This document shows positions 22,979-32,549 of a stretch of 64,000 nt of DNA, one piece after another. A program made the position numbers and the translations under genes. Under the pieces are notes generated by a model, which saw only the letters and a program-made list of their open reading frames with translations, was not told the origin of the DNA and made no database searches. The stretch covers positions 1,056,001 through 1,120,000 of the forward strand of contig CP000071.1 in NCBI GenBank assembly GCA_000002445.1, given 5' to 3'. The stretch's first letter is position 1. Every line of letters starts with the position of its first letter. The stretch is from Trypanosoma brucei. Its lineage: Eukaryota.

Positions 22979-24937
22979 CTATGACGGGACAGGAGAGGCT
23001 TCTGATGCACGAGAGGGACTTTCCACAGTAGTGTTCATAAAGGCAAGTCGGTTTGCCACAATGTTCGATGCCATATGCCGCCGCTTAAGGGCACTCAAAA
23101 GGACGTCCCGCAGCGGTGGTGTTGCAACCTTCTCCCAGTCCACTTCGTCCCTCACTCCCCGATGCTCTTCCGTTGTCCCATCTTCATTACCCTCCTGGCA
23201 AGTTGGCGCAGTGTAATCGTCATCCATGTCTTGGTCATCGCTATACAAGCCATACGACGCGGCACGCTTCCGTCGTGGCCATGTTGGTGCAAAGAATGCC
23301 GGGAGCCACATGTGCGCAAAGGCTGCCACCAAAAACGGCATTGTGTCAAAAAATCGGCAGAACTCTTCATAACTTATGTGTGAGCGGCGCATCATGTTCA
23401 ACGGTATGACTGTTTTCTGGTGGGGTAACAAGGATGCTGCTTTAACACTCTTCCTATTCTTCCTCCCCTTTAATTGCGAGCGGATGTACGCCTGCTCTTC
23501 CTCTTGATGTAACACATCCAAGGAATCCCTTAGTGCCTTCACGATACTCGGCGACAATACGCTTTCCGGCTCCTCACAGGACTCCCGGCCGTCCCGCCGT
23601 AACTGAGTCAGGGCAGACTTGTGGATGTAATCGTCGGTCTCCAAAACACTAAAACAAAGTTTCCGAATCACATCCTTCAACTCCGCACCATTGACTAAGG
23701 CATCAAAACCAGCAAGCAGTTCACGGACATGGGCTTCTGGAGATTTCTCTCGCTGACTCGTCTCATTCACCACCGGTGCGGGGATGTTAACACCCGGAAT
23801 AGGAAATGTCTGGTTACCGCGATTACCGGCAAGCACCGGACTCATTTTGGCAACTGACATGTTCGATGAAGAGGTTTGCCCTGCTCCACTGCCCTCTATT
23901 GTGCGGTGTAATGACGCGTGGTGGAGCTGAGCTGCCTTTAGGGGGGAGAGACTTCGCACTCCACTACTAGCAGCAGCAGTGTTATGTGACGTTTCAAGAC
24001 GACCCACTGCGTTGACTCCAGACTCACTCATGGAAGATGATGGGTGGGCAACTGAGAAAAAATTCTCGGCAGCCTCATCATCCCTTACTTCGAACGGTGC
24101 TTGCCTGAGCATATCGAGAAATGCATCGAGTGTTACAATCCCACTGGAATCCGCCACGGTCAGTAGTGCTGACTGCAGAAGCCGGAGGTTCGGTGCGGGT
24201 TTTCCTTCTTCCACCACCTCTTGCTTCTTTTTCTTTTTCTTGCCACCGCGGTTCTTCCTACTTGGGGTTCCCAGCGACTGCGATCGTGCCCCGGTTCTCG
24301 TTGGGGAATTCCGCGCTGCTGCTGCTGCAGTGGCTGCCGCAACTCTTGACTGCCGCTCTTCTTCCTCCAGCTTTCGCACTAGCGCCTCCGGATTTTGCTT
24401 GTAGTAGGCTGCTATGAAGTAATCGTTAATGTCCTGCACGACCCGTCTATGGGCGAACTTGGGCAGGGATTCCAGTATCATTTTTTCCTTCGCCTTCGTC
24501 ATTGGTCCCTGTAGCACTGGTAGAGCAACCGCTTTCCCCTGTTGTTCATTAAAGCGCGAATTCGGTGGAGGAAGTCGAAATAAAGTTTTATAGTAGTCGG
24601 TCATGGAGATACGACGCTCCATCATAATCTTCCGCTGCTCTCGTTCCTTCGTCTGCTGCAGGCTCTCCCGTCGGCGCACATGCCAAAGCACACGGTCCTC
24701 TACCGCGGTGTTTCGCAGCCGTTCCACATTTGGACAGGGAGAAATGTTTGACGCCACCACACGCTCTGCCGTCGATGACATCCGCGCAGTGGAAGCCTTC
24801 GCATCCATCGAGAGAGAGGTTGCACTCCTCGTTCCAAATGTGGTTGTTGACATCTTCTCGCCTGAAAATATGCTTCCCGTACGCCCCTTGCTCTGGCGGC
24901 TTCCCTCAAGTGCATCGCTCACACCCACAGAACTCAT
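22979..24937 (-). CDS. hypothetical protein, 652 aa, Ser/Ala-rich with a poly-Lys stretch
   Basis: Long uninterrupted minus-strand ORF in the same orientation as its neighbours. Contains RGGKKKKKKQEVVEEGK, a poly-Ala run AAATAAAAARNS and a C-terminal acidic stretch YSDDQDMDDDY. No recognisable catalytic motifs. Confidence 0.6.
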   Translation of the reverse strand: MSSVGVSDALEGSRQSKGRTGSIFSGEKMSTTTFGTRSATSLSMDAKASTARMSSTAERVVASNISPCPNVERLRNTAVEDRVLWHVRRRESLQQTKEREQRKIMMERRISMTDYYKTLFRLPPPNSRFNEQQGKAVALPVLQGPMTKAKEKMILESLPKFAHRRVVQDINDYFIAAYYKQNPEALVRKLEEEERQSRVAAATAAAAARNSPTRTGARSQSLGTPSRKNRGGKKKKKKQEVVEEGKPAPNLRLLQSALLTVADSSGIVTLDAFLDMLRQAPFEVRDDEAAENFFSVAHPSSSMSESGVNAVGRLETSHNTAAASSGVRSLSPLKAAQLHHASLHRTIEGSGAGQTSSSNMSVAKMSPVLAGNRGNQTFPIPGVNIPAPVVNETSQREKSPEAHVRELLAGFDALVNGAELKDVIRKLCFSVLETDDYIHKSALTQLRRDGRESCEEPESVLSPSIVKALRDSLDVLHQEEEQAYIRSQLKGRKNRKSVKAASLLPHQKTVIPLNMMRRSHISYEEFCRFFDTMPFLVAAFAHMWLPAFFAPTWPRRKRAASYGLYSDDQDMDDDYTAPTCQEGNEDGTTEEHRGVRDEVDWEKVATPPLRDVLLSALKRRHMASNIVANRLAFMNTTVESPSRASEASPVPS

Positions 24938-26669
24938 CGGTGTTTACGTGGCGACGCAGCCCCTTCTGCTGAGCAGGCAGGTGGGTAGCTGAGCTTCAGC
25001 CTAGTGTAATTTGAACTAACAACCAAACGAGCGCGCACACAAACAGCAACAATTCACTTTTTGAAAAACGCAAGGAACAGAGATAAGTCTGAAACCAATC
25101 TTAAATAAGTTGCCTCGACCCTTGTTTTACCTTCGCTATGCTCTGACGAAAGCCGAAAAGCAGGAGCTACAGCCCCTATGGATGACTAAGGGTGCTTAAC
25201 ACTGCTTATGTGCATACATTTATTTAAGGGGAAGTAGAAGGATAATGCAAGGAACTATGAACAAACGTTAGTGCAACCAGTCTACACAACGGCATGTTTC
25301 TCAAGAATCTTACTGCATTGATGCTTACACATCCCTTATCCAACCAATCGACAAACGATGAATGTAAAACATAGGGACAGGGATCTTCAGAGTGTGTAAA
25401 AAAAAAAAAAAGCGACCCTTAGCCGTTATGCGGCACTTGCTGCGATGCGTCAGTTTTAGTGATGTAAACTTGAATATTAGCCGCAGATCGGTGCCACCTC
25501 CTCCATTCTATGTGGTTCCCCCGTCATTCCACAGTAAGGCCAATCCAACATACTCAGCCGACACCTCATGCATGTCAGCGTTGCCTTCCTCAGTCGACGC
25601 CCATTGCCACGTCCGCCAGTCGTATCGCTCTTACTTTCACCCATCTTTTTGACCAACTGTAGTGGAATTACAGAGCGTCGGCGTGCCAACACACGCGTGT
25701 AGCCGGAAAAATCTGTTGTCTCCAAATGCCTGCGCATCGCCATCAGGAGGGTGTTGCTTTTGGATCCAGTGGGCTTACGTCCCCTTGGTTCCGTTCCGCG
25801 TCCTCTCCCGCGCATGGCCTAATAAATTTGTTCCCTGCTGCTTTCACCCTCTTGAAGGTTGTTTCCCCCCCTTCTTTCTCTCGCGACCAATCACAAATAC
25901 ACACAGTCCTGCTGTAAATGTAGAGAGTTTAGATTAGTGAGAAGGAATGTTAGGAAAAAGACAAGTGATGAAAGGATGAGGGGATCACACGAATAATATT
26001 CCCAAATAGACAACGGAGTTACTAAGTTACGCTTGGAAAAGATGTGGGTAATAAACATAAGTAACCAATACACCTTACTCTCCAGCTTCACAGAATACCA
26101 GCGTTGTGCTAATGGGACGGATAACCACGGTTGCAATTAGATGGTCCATACAATTCTCTGGCCGCTATCTGACTTCCATCTACCACTGCACATCGAGGTA
26201 GTGAAGGCACGAAACGGTCATTAGAGTTGCTCCGCCGCCGCTGGTAACGAAAAGCGGACACAGCAACTGGGTGTCCAAATTTTTCTAAGGGATGAGAGGG
26301 GGGAAAAGAAAAAAAAAACAGCAGGCGATCCGCGTTAGCAAAGAAAGGGTAAGCGGATGCGCATCCTATGACTCTTCCGACCATAGTACCACGAACCGAA
26401 AAAAAGTTAGTGACGACGCAGGCAGTGGCCACAACGAACATGCCAATGGGTACATATCTTTTGCCTTTGGGATCAAGAGCTAATCTAGTGAAACAAAAAC
26501 TACCGACTTACGTGTTTTAGTGAACGAGAGTATGAAAAGGCAAATCAAATAATCCCTTCTTCCAAAGGCGGGAACTCAAGACAAAAGGTATCTCATATCA
26601 AAATAATAAGCAAGGAGGAATAAACTCGAATCATAAACGAGACAATGCAGTTGTTTTCAGATAGACACG

Positions 26670-28031
26670 CTAAAGGTAAACCACGGCCTCGCATGGGTAA
26701 CACTCGTTCACTGAATCGTAGCCTAGAGCGCACAACTCAACTTTATCAATGAATACAGGGCTCTCACATAGCGAAACATTTGCAAAACGCCGTAGAACCT
26801 CCGATGCATTAAACGGTAAATTTTTTCCGCCGCTTTGTTGTTTCCCTTCACCCGTACGCCACTTCGTGTTCATCAGCGTGACGTGAAGTAACTTACTCTC
26901 CGACACACGTGGGTCATCACATATGAGTTCCCCAAAACTGCTGTGAACGATGTCCTGCAATGCTCTAACCGTCGCGGTGGATTCCTCGTCTGCCAATCCC
27001 ATATACAACACATTTGCCTTCTGCACATGTTGACCTCGGCTAGTCATCACGTGCAGTCCACCTAAGCGAATGGGAATTCCCACACTGTCATCAGGCCCTG
27101 CTTTACCTTTATGTAGGTGTTGCTGTTGCTTCCACCCATAGATCTGGTCTTGCAGTACCTGCATACATTCTACAGCCAGTGCAACATCTTCACATGTCGG
27201 AAGGGATAACATGAGGAGGGTTAAATGCGTGCGTGGTGCACTAGTAAATATCTCCTCCGTTACACCGTTTGCAGGATCAACACAACACTGTTTCATCTCC
27301 CACAAAAGTGCCTCCGCCCTTTCGCCAAACACTTTTACCTTTCCGATGGGTAATGCAATGAAGTGAGTATACGGTTTCTTGTAGAAATGCTTTCCGACCC
27401 TCCCACCGAACGTCGAACCAACGTTTTTTTCACCGCTTTCGTGGGTTTCCACAGCATATTTCCTCTTGGAGGCGCTTCCCTCCCCTACCACCTCACGAGA
27501 ATCGGGAGCGCTGTCAACCACTTCTGCACTCGCAGACTCATTTCCGCGTGCATGACCTTCAGTGGCAAATATTCTGTAGCAACGATTCTGAGGGAAACGG
27601 ACAACACGAATGGAGGAATCATGCGATATGCCGTCATCTCTGCAATTATGAACAGGAACGACGTGCATTCCACTGGTTCCACTGACATTTTTCTTATCAA
27701 CACTGGCACCAACAGACGCCATAACAGACGGGGACACGGCAAGACAGTAACCGCAAATAAGACGGGCGTCATAACTAACCTTACCGCAAGAGTTGCAGGT
27801 CCAACCACACCCATTTGTTAGGCACTTGCAGCTCCTTTTTCCGTTGCATTCCTTCTCATTTCTTTTATTAGTGGATTCATTTGAACCGTAACGCGCCGCT
27901 AATCGGTTTCGGGCCATATTGTCGAGTGCCTTCTCACGGTGCACCCACTCCACCGCAGCCGCGCGCTCAGTGACATCGGTAGAAATCGACGAAAGAGCCC
28001 TCCACGACATATCCTCCGACTTATTATACAA
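26670..28031 (-). CDS. RanBP2-type zinc finger + 2H-phosphoesterase (LigT/AKAP18/ASCC1-like) domain protein, 453 aa
   Basis: Mid-protein GCGWTCNSCGKVSYDARLICGYC fits the ZnF_RBZ pattern W-x-C-x2-C-x3-N-x6-C-x2-C. The C-terminal half has two H-x-T-x tetrapeptides about 90 aa apart (…PRTHLTLLMLSL… and …SKLLHVTLMNTKW…), which is diagnostic of the 2H phosphoesterase superfamily, within a region with a matching beta/alpha hydrophobic pattern (HFIALPIGKVKVFGERAEALLWEM). Confidence 0.65.
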   Translation of the reverse strand: MYNKSEDMSWRALSSISTDVTERAAAVEWVHREKALDNMARNRLAARYGSNESTNKRNEKECNGKRSCKCLTNGCGWTCNSCGKVSYDARLICGYCLAVSPSVMASVGASVDKKNVSGTSGMHVVPVHNCRDDGISHDSSIRVVRFPQNRCYRIFATEGHARGNESASAEVVDSAPDSREVVGEGSASKRKYAVETHESGEKNVGSTFGGRVGKHFYKKPYTHFIALPIGKVKVFGERAEALLWEMKQCCVDPANGVTEEIFTSAPRTHLTLLMLSLPTCEDVALAVECMQVLQDQIYGWKQQQHLHKGKAGPDDSVGIPIRLGGLHVMTSRGQHVQKANVLYMGLADEESTATVRALQDIVHSSFGELICDDPRVSESKLLHVTLMNTKWRTGEGKQQSGGKNLPFNASEVLRRFANVSLCESPVFIDKVELCALGYDSVNECYPCEAVVYL

Positions 28032-28235
28032 TCCACTTGACAGTCCCCCAAAAGAAAATCAAATACGAACACCATCATAGGAAAGTGATATGCACAGAAG
28101 CCCCAAAAGAAAAGAAGATCCATCAACAACTTGAAGAACAACACGAGCCACCAACACCACAAAAAGATTATTCAATGAACAGAACGCCCCCCCCCCACTA
28201 TGCGACACAACACTAGTAATAAAACTTACGACATT

Positions 28236-28499
28236 CCTTAATGGATTCGCGGGCCACCTATTACTGATGTCGACTCGCGCACAGTAATACGAGAGTAAAA
28301 TTATTAATAAGGTAAAATTTGCATCTGAGGTCGAGGCCAGGCAAGTAAGACGGGGAAAAAATGCAGGAATGGAGAAGGTAGAAAGTATGGAGACACACAT
28401 TCCACAGTGTAGTACTAACACGTACAGATGTCCATGCAGAACAGATCGCTCTCCCGCTTCACTCCCTGAGGCTCGGTCGACCGAAAATACATAAATGCA
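28236..28499 (-). repeat. 264-bp dispersed repeat, copy A (upstream of the ZnF/2H-phosphoesterase gene)
   Basis: 262/264 identical to 36296..36559 (mismatches at 28277 and 28292) with no indels. Lies 205-468 nt upstream of the ATG at 28031. Confidence 0.9.
28341..28399 (-). promoter_or_regulatory. polypyrimidine tract (coding-strand) inside repeat copy A: candidate trans-splicing signal
   Basis: Plus strand gcaagtaagacggggaaaaaatgcaggaatggagaaggtagaaagtatggagacacaca is about 90% purine, giving a coding-strand polyY tract. Coding-strand AG dinucleotides follow immediately downstream (plus-strand ct at about 28330-28300). Confidence 0.4.
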
Positions 28500-29283
28500 G
28501 GTCAAACCCCCTAAACTGAGTGCATCGGACCATTGAATAATATCATTATTTCCTTACTTCGACCCATTCTGTTTGACCCTTACCCCATACAAAATCCAAA
28601 AGAAAAACAAAAAAGGTAAGTGAAGTGGAAAAATACTGCGGCACCTAATCATGGGCCCAGAATTATTTAATATATACCAAATTTTTATGAAAATGATTTC
28701 CTAGAAACGACTTGGACAACGCCTTCAGCGACACCTCGCGAGGAAGAAAAAAGTAACAAACTCTTCCCCACTCTGCCTTATATTTTATTACAGCTCCTCA
28801 CGGATGCGAAACGAACGGTAAACAACACAGTTATAATAGGTTAAGGAAAAATTGACGACCATTTTGTCACCAACTGATTTCTTCGAAGAAGCGATTTAAA
28901 ATATGCACCCGTGTGCATCGGAATCACGTAAAATATGGTTAAGATAATGAACTCTTCTGATTATTTGTTTAGAATACTAAATACTGTAAACAAATTACCG
29001 AAATAATCCACTAGACAGTGAACAACATCGTGATAAGACGCCGGCGTCGTAAGTACATCCTACGACCGCTACCCACAGGGTATATTGAAACAACATATCA
29101 ATATGTAAAAAAAAAATATTTGTAACCATCCCCACGAAAAAAAAACAGTAATATTAACAAAAACGTTTTTCTTTAGACCTTCATGTTAAAAAAAATATTA
29201 ATAACAAAAGTAACTTTGAACGTCCAGAGAGCAGTATCAGAAATCCTAACGCTTCTACATGTACTTACAAAGATACCTATCAC

Positions 29284-31652
29284 ACACACACACACACACA
29301 CACGTATGCCATTGAAGAGCGTAGGAAGGAAGAGGTTGCGATGGAAGGGGCGTGTCACTAAACATGTAAAAAAAAATGGTCACCGCAGAAAAAAAAAACG
29401 ATATAGAACTCCCATTTGTAAGCCGCAATGATGGATCGATTCAGATATTGGTGATGGAAGGGTTTCGATATGGTTCTAATTGGCTGTGGGTTCCCGCCGT
29501 CTGGGAGAATCATTAGAGGGGGCATGAACATCCTCCGCCTTCTTTGTAATAGCTTTGCCGTTTTCGTCAAGAACATCACATATACGTGCCGCAGGTATCA
29601 GTAAAAACACAAGAGGAATGCTGATGAGTGGAGTGCCAAAGTGACCAAGAAGTAGAAGCCACTTCACATTACTGAAGTCGCATGGACCCACCGTAATGTC
29701 TGATTGCACATTCCATACGTATTCCATCAAAAGCCATCCAAGTGTGTTGGAAACGGAACGGCCAAAATGCGCACATCCTGCAAGTACCGCATACACCATA
29801 CTTTCAGACCCACGGGGACAGAGCCTCGAAATGAGCATTACAGTTGGCATGAAGTGCATCATGTAGCACACCTGCTGTATAATTTGGTCACCAAGAACGA
29901 ATACAACGTGATCGCTAACATACGGACGGTTCCATCGCTCCACAATGATTATATCAAAGATACTCGAAACTATCTCAATCAAAGTTGTTACGATGAATGT
30001 TAGGCGATAGCTGCGCTTTGAGAATACGTATCTGAATAACGTCACACCAATAACACCACCCATAGTCCCAATCACGTTACCCACAGTGTTGTAGTAAAAG
30101 TATGAAAAGTTAGGACCACCAGGGAAACAATCGGGGGTCGCCATGAAGACATTGTCCATTGCGCCACGAAGTTGGATGTACGTGACCCTCGAGATGAATG
30201 TGAACATATTTGCCTTCGCGATCACAAGTGGAAGGGCAACGAAACCGAGTCCACAGAGTGTAAATGACGCCACAACACTGGTTATTAGCAGCTGCAACCT
30301 TGTGCCAAGGACTGTCACGAGAACCATACCGATGGCGCCAAGTGTGAGAAGCATGCAGTAAAACACAACCTTCTTGTTGCGAGCAAACACTTCTCGATTC
30401 ACTTCAAAGGCACCACAGCAACAAGGTAGTATCCGTGCTCCGCCCTCACCCACTTCCTCGGTATCCGATGGATTGTCCAGTGAGCCACTTGTTGCTTCGC
30501 TCCCCTGTAACCTCACGGCGTCGGCTTCATGCTCCAGCTTCTTTTCGCGAATAATCTTCAGGTCGTACGCACGTTCCTCTCGGTTCTTCCGTTCACCATA
30601 CCAATTCAGTATGAAGAATATCGTCGGCACCAACTGCATCCCAGCAGAGATAAACACAGCCACTCGCTGCAACCTCTTATCGGTAAGTGGTCCTACAATG
30701 GAGGACGCAACAAGGGAGCCAACCAAAAGGCACCACCAAACCCAACTCACAAGCGATGGGCCCGCCAATGGGACGCGGCGAATCAAGCGACTGTAATGCC
30801 CTTGTGTGAGGATATCAAGGTTAGCAACTGTGAAGGTAATGACAAAAACAAGGAAGCCAGCCACCGGTACATACGACAACTCTCCGGGCAGTGAACCGTA
30901 CACAATAGCGAGGGTGGAACCCACCACACAGGATAGAGCGAGGTACCATCGCTTCGTGTACCCAAATAACGCAAAGAGGTCACTGAACATAGCTGCAAAC
31001 GGCTTCACTGCGTAACCCAACGACGACATACCACCCATCAGTTGGTAAAGCTTTGCATCAGCACCAAAGGTGTAGGTAAACATTGGAAAAAGTGAGGATC
31101 GAATGATGTTGTCAGCAATTCCTTTGCCGAAGAGCTCGCAGAAACCAAGGGCGAAAACAAACTTCGGTCCGAACGCTTCCACAGCAGTGCCGAGTACGGG
31201 AATGCTCCACACGCATGGCAGCTTTCGGAACAAGGCCCTTGCGTCAGGGTGTACAGGACGAGCATCCATTGTTTCCTCTGCAGAGAGTTTGTGAGTTGTA
31301 CACTCAGCTTCGTGAGCTTGGGGTGCGGAATGTTGAGGTGGTTGGTCCTGGCATGCGTTCGGTGACGTGGTCATTGCTGGTACTCGAATATGTTCCCACA
31401 AGTATGAATGTTTGTCACTATCGTTGCTTTGGTTTCGACTTTATCTCCAGAACAAAATGGAAGGGTTACCTTTTCGATACAGCGGGTAGAGGACAACATA
31501 GTGGCAGCACAAGAGAGCGGTTGAAGGAAAGAAATCGCAATGAACATTGAGAACGGAATCAGGCCGTCAAATAGCGCGTGAAACCACTGCAGCACTTGCT
31601 GGTACCGTACGTCAACTGGATACAAAGCGCTTTGCGGTATTGTATAATGTTA
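29284..31652 (-). repeat. tandem segmental repeat unit 1 (transporter gene plus about 190 bp of 3' flank and about 250 bp of 5' flank)
   Basis: Near-identical to 32550..35016 and 36923..39210. The 3' homology to the other units starts at the (CA)n tract at 29284. The 5' homology to unit 2 ends at …tattgtataatgtta (31652). Confidence 0.85.
29476..31401 (-). CDS. multi-pass membrane transporter, 641 aa, tandem copy 1 (I recall folate/biopterin transporter BT1 family)
   Basis: 641-aa ORF with about 12 hydrophobic segments and a large central hydrophilic loop (REKKLEHEADAVRLQGSEATSG…). 94-97% identical to the ORFs at 32840..34765 and 37216..39141. The family assignment rests on recollection that trypanosomes carry a three-gene folate/pteridine transporter cluster of this size. 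No diagnostic motif was verified. Confidence 0.8.
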   Translation of the reverse strand: MWEHIRVPAMTTSPNACQDQPPQHSAPQAHEAECTTHKLSAEETMDARPVHPDARALFRKLPCVWSIPVLGTAVEAFGPKFVFALGFCELFGKGIADNIIRSSLFPMFTYTFGADAKLYQLMGGMSSLGYAVKPFAAMFSDLFALFGYTKRWYLALSCVVGSTLAIVYGSLPGELSYVPVAGFLVFVITFTVANLDILTQGHYSRLIRRVPLAGPSLVSWVWWCLLVGSLVASSIVGPLTDKRLQRVAVFISAGMQLVPTIFFILNWYGERKNREERAYDLKIIREKKLEHEADAVRLQGSEATSGSLDNPSDTEEVGEGGARILPCCCGAFEVNREVFARNKKVVFYCMLLTLGAIGMVLVTVLGTRLQLLITSVVASFTLCGLGFVALPLVIAKANMFTFISRVTYIQLRGAMDNVFMATPDCFPGGPNFSYFYYNTVGNVIGTMGGVIGVTLFRYVFSKRSYRLTFIVTTLIEIVSSIFDIIIVERWNRPYVSDHVVFVLGDQIIQQVCYMMHFMPTVMLISRLCPRGSESMVYAVLAGCAHFGRSVSNTLGWLLMEYVWNVQSDITVGPCDFSNVKWLLLLGHFGTPLISIPLVFLLIPAARICDVLDENGKAITKKAEDVHAPSNDSPRRREPTAN

Positions 31653-32549
31653 TGCAGTATCATCAAGGCATCTACAAGATCGGAAGTCTATCTTCAGAGA
31701 CCTGTCTACATACAGTTCATGGAGGTACTTACAGTTGTTACTGCACTGCCCCGTTACACTCTCACCTTTTCGTTTACTTGGCGTACAGTAAACATGTGTC
31801 ACGCAGCCCAAGGGGCAGCCACACTTTGCGGGGCCTTCTCACCTTTTCTATTTACGTGAACATGAAAAAAAAATGGAGAAGACAGTGTGGAGGAAATACA
31901 ATGTTCTGGCAACATTTTCTCGTGTTCGTGAGGCAATATGGTGAGCACTCAATAAACAGCGATTATTGGGGTAAGACAATAAACAAAAAAATGCGTGGAA
32001 CAAACCCGTCGAGATACATCGAGTGGAGGGTAAATAAGAGGTACAAACACACATCTCCAGGTGTATAGAGAGAAATGTGTTGACGCTCCATCGGTTACCA
32101 TTGGCATCCAGCTCGAATGGAAAAAAAAAGATAGCCACAAAAAGATAGGGAAAAGAAAGACAAGGGACCACTAAATCCTTTCCATCACAAACAAAAAAGG
32201 TGTAGTCTGGAAAAAAAAATAGAAGAACACAGACGAAGTTGCGGTAACAAAATATAAAATAAGGTGCTTTCCTGACCCCAATAGGAAAACAACAACAACA
32301 TAAAGAAAAAATCCACAAACGATATAAAAAAATTTTTCACGTGATAAGAGGAGAAAACTAAAGTCACAACCAAAAAGAAAATTCATCCACCATATTTGCT
32401 TGGGGGAAAATCACATCCACACATGCGCAGAATATAGTCCACCTGCTCATAGAAGAAAAAAAAAACAGCCATAATAAAAAATAAAAACGTCTTTTCAAAA
32501 ATATAAAAAAAATAAAGTCATGGTAAATAGAATTACTTTGCTTCACGTT

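Noticed and set aside
28236-28499. Possibility that the 264-bp repeat is a RIME/ingi/SIDER retroposon fragment
   Set aside because: No poly(A) tail, no target-site duplication, no RT/endonuclease ORF nearby, and only two copies in 64 kb. I kept it as a dispersed repeat of unknown origin. A genome-wide BLAST is needed.
28059-28505. 148-aa minus ORF and its twin at 36335..36631
   Set aside because: Both arise from the 264-bp dispersed repeat and share a translation only because the DNA is duplicated. They overlap the polyY/acceptor region of real genes, so I interpret them as UTR rather than coding.
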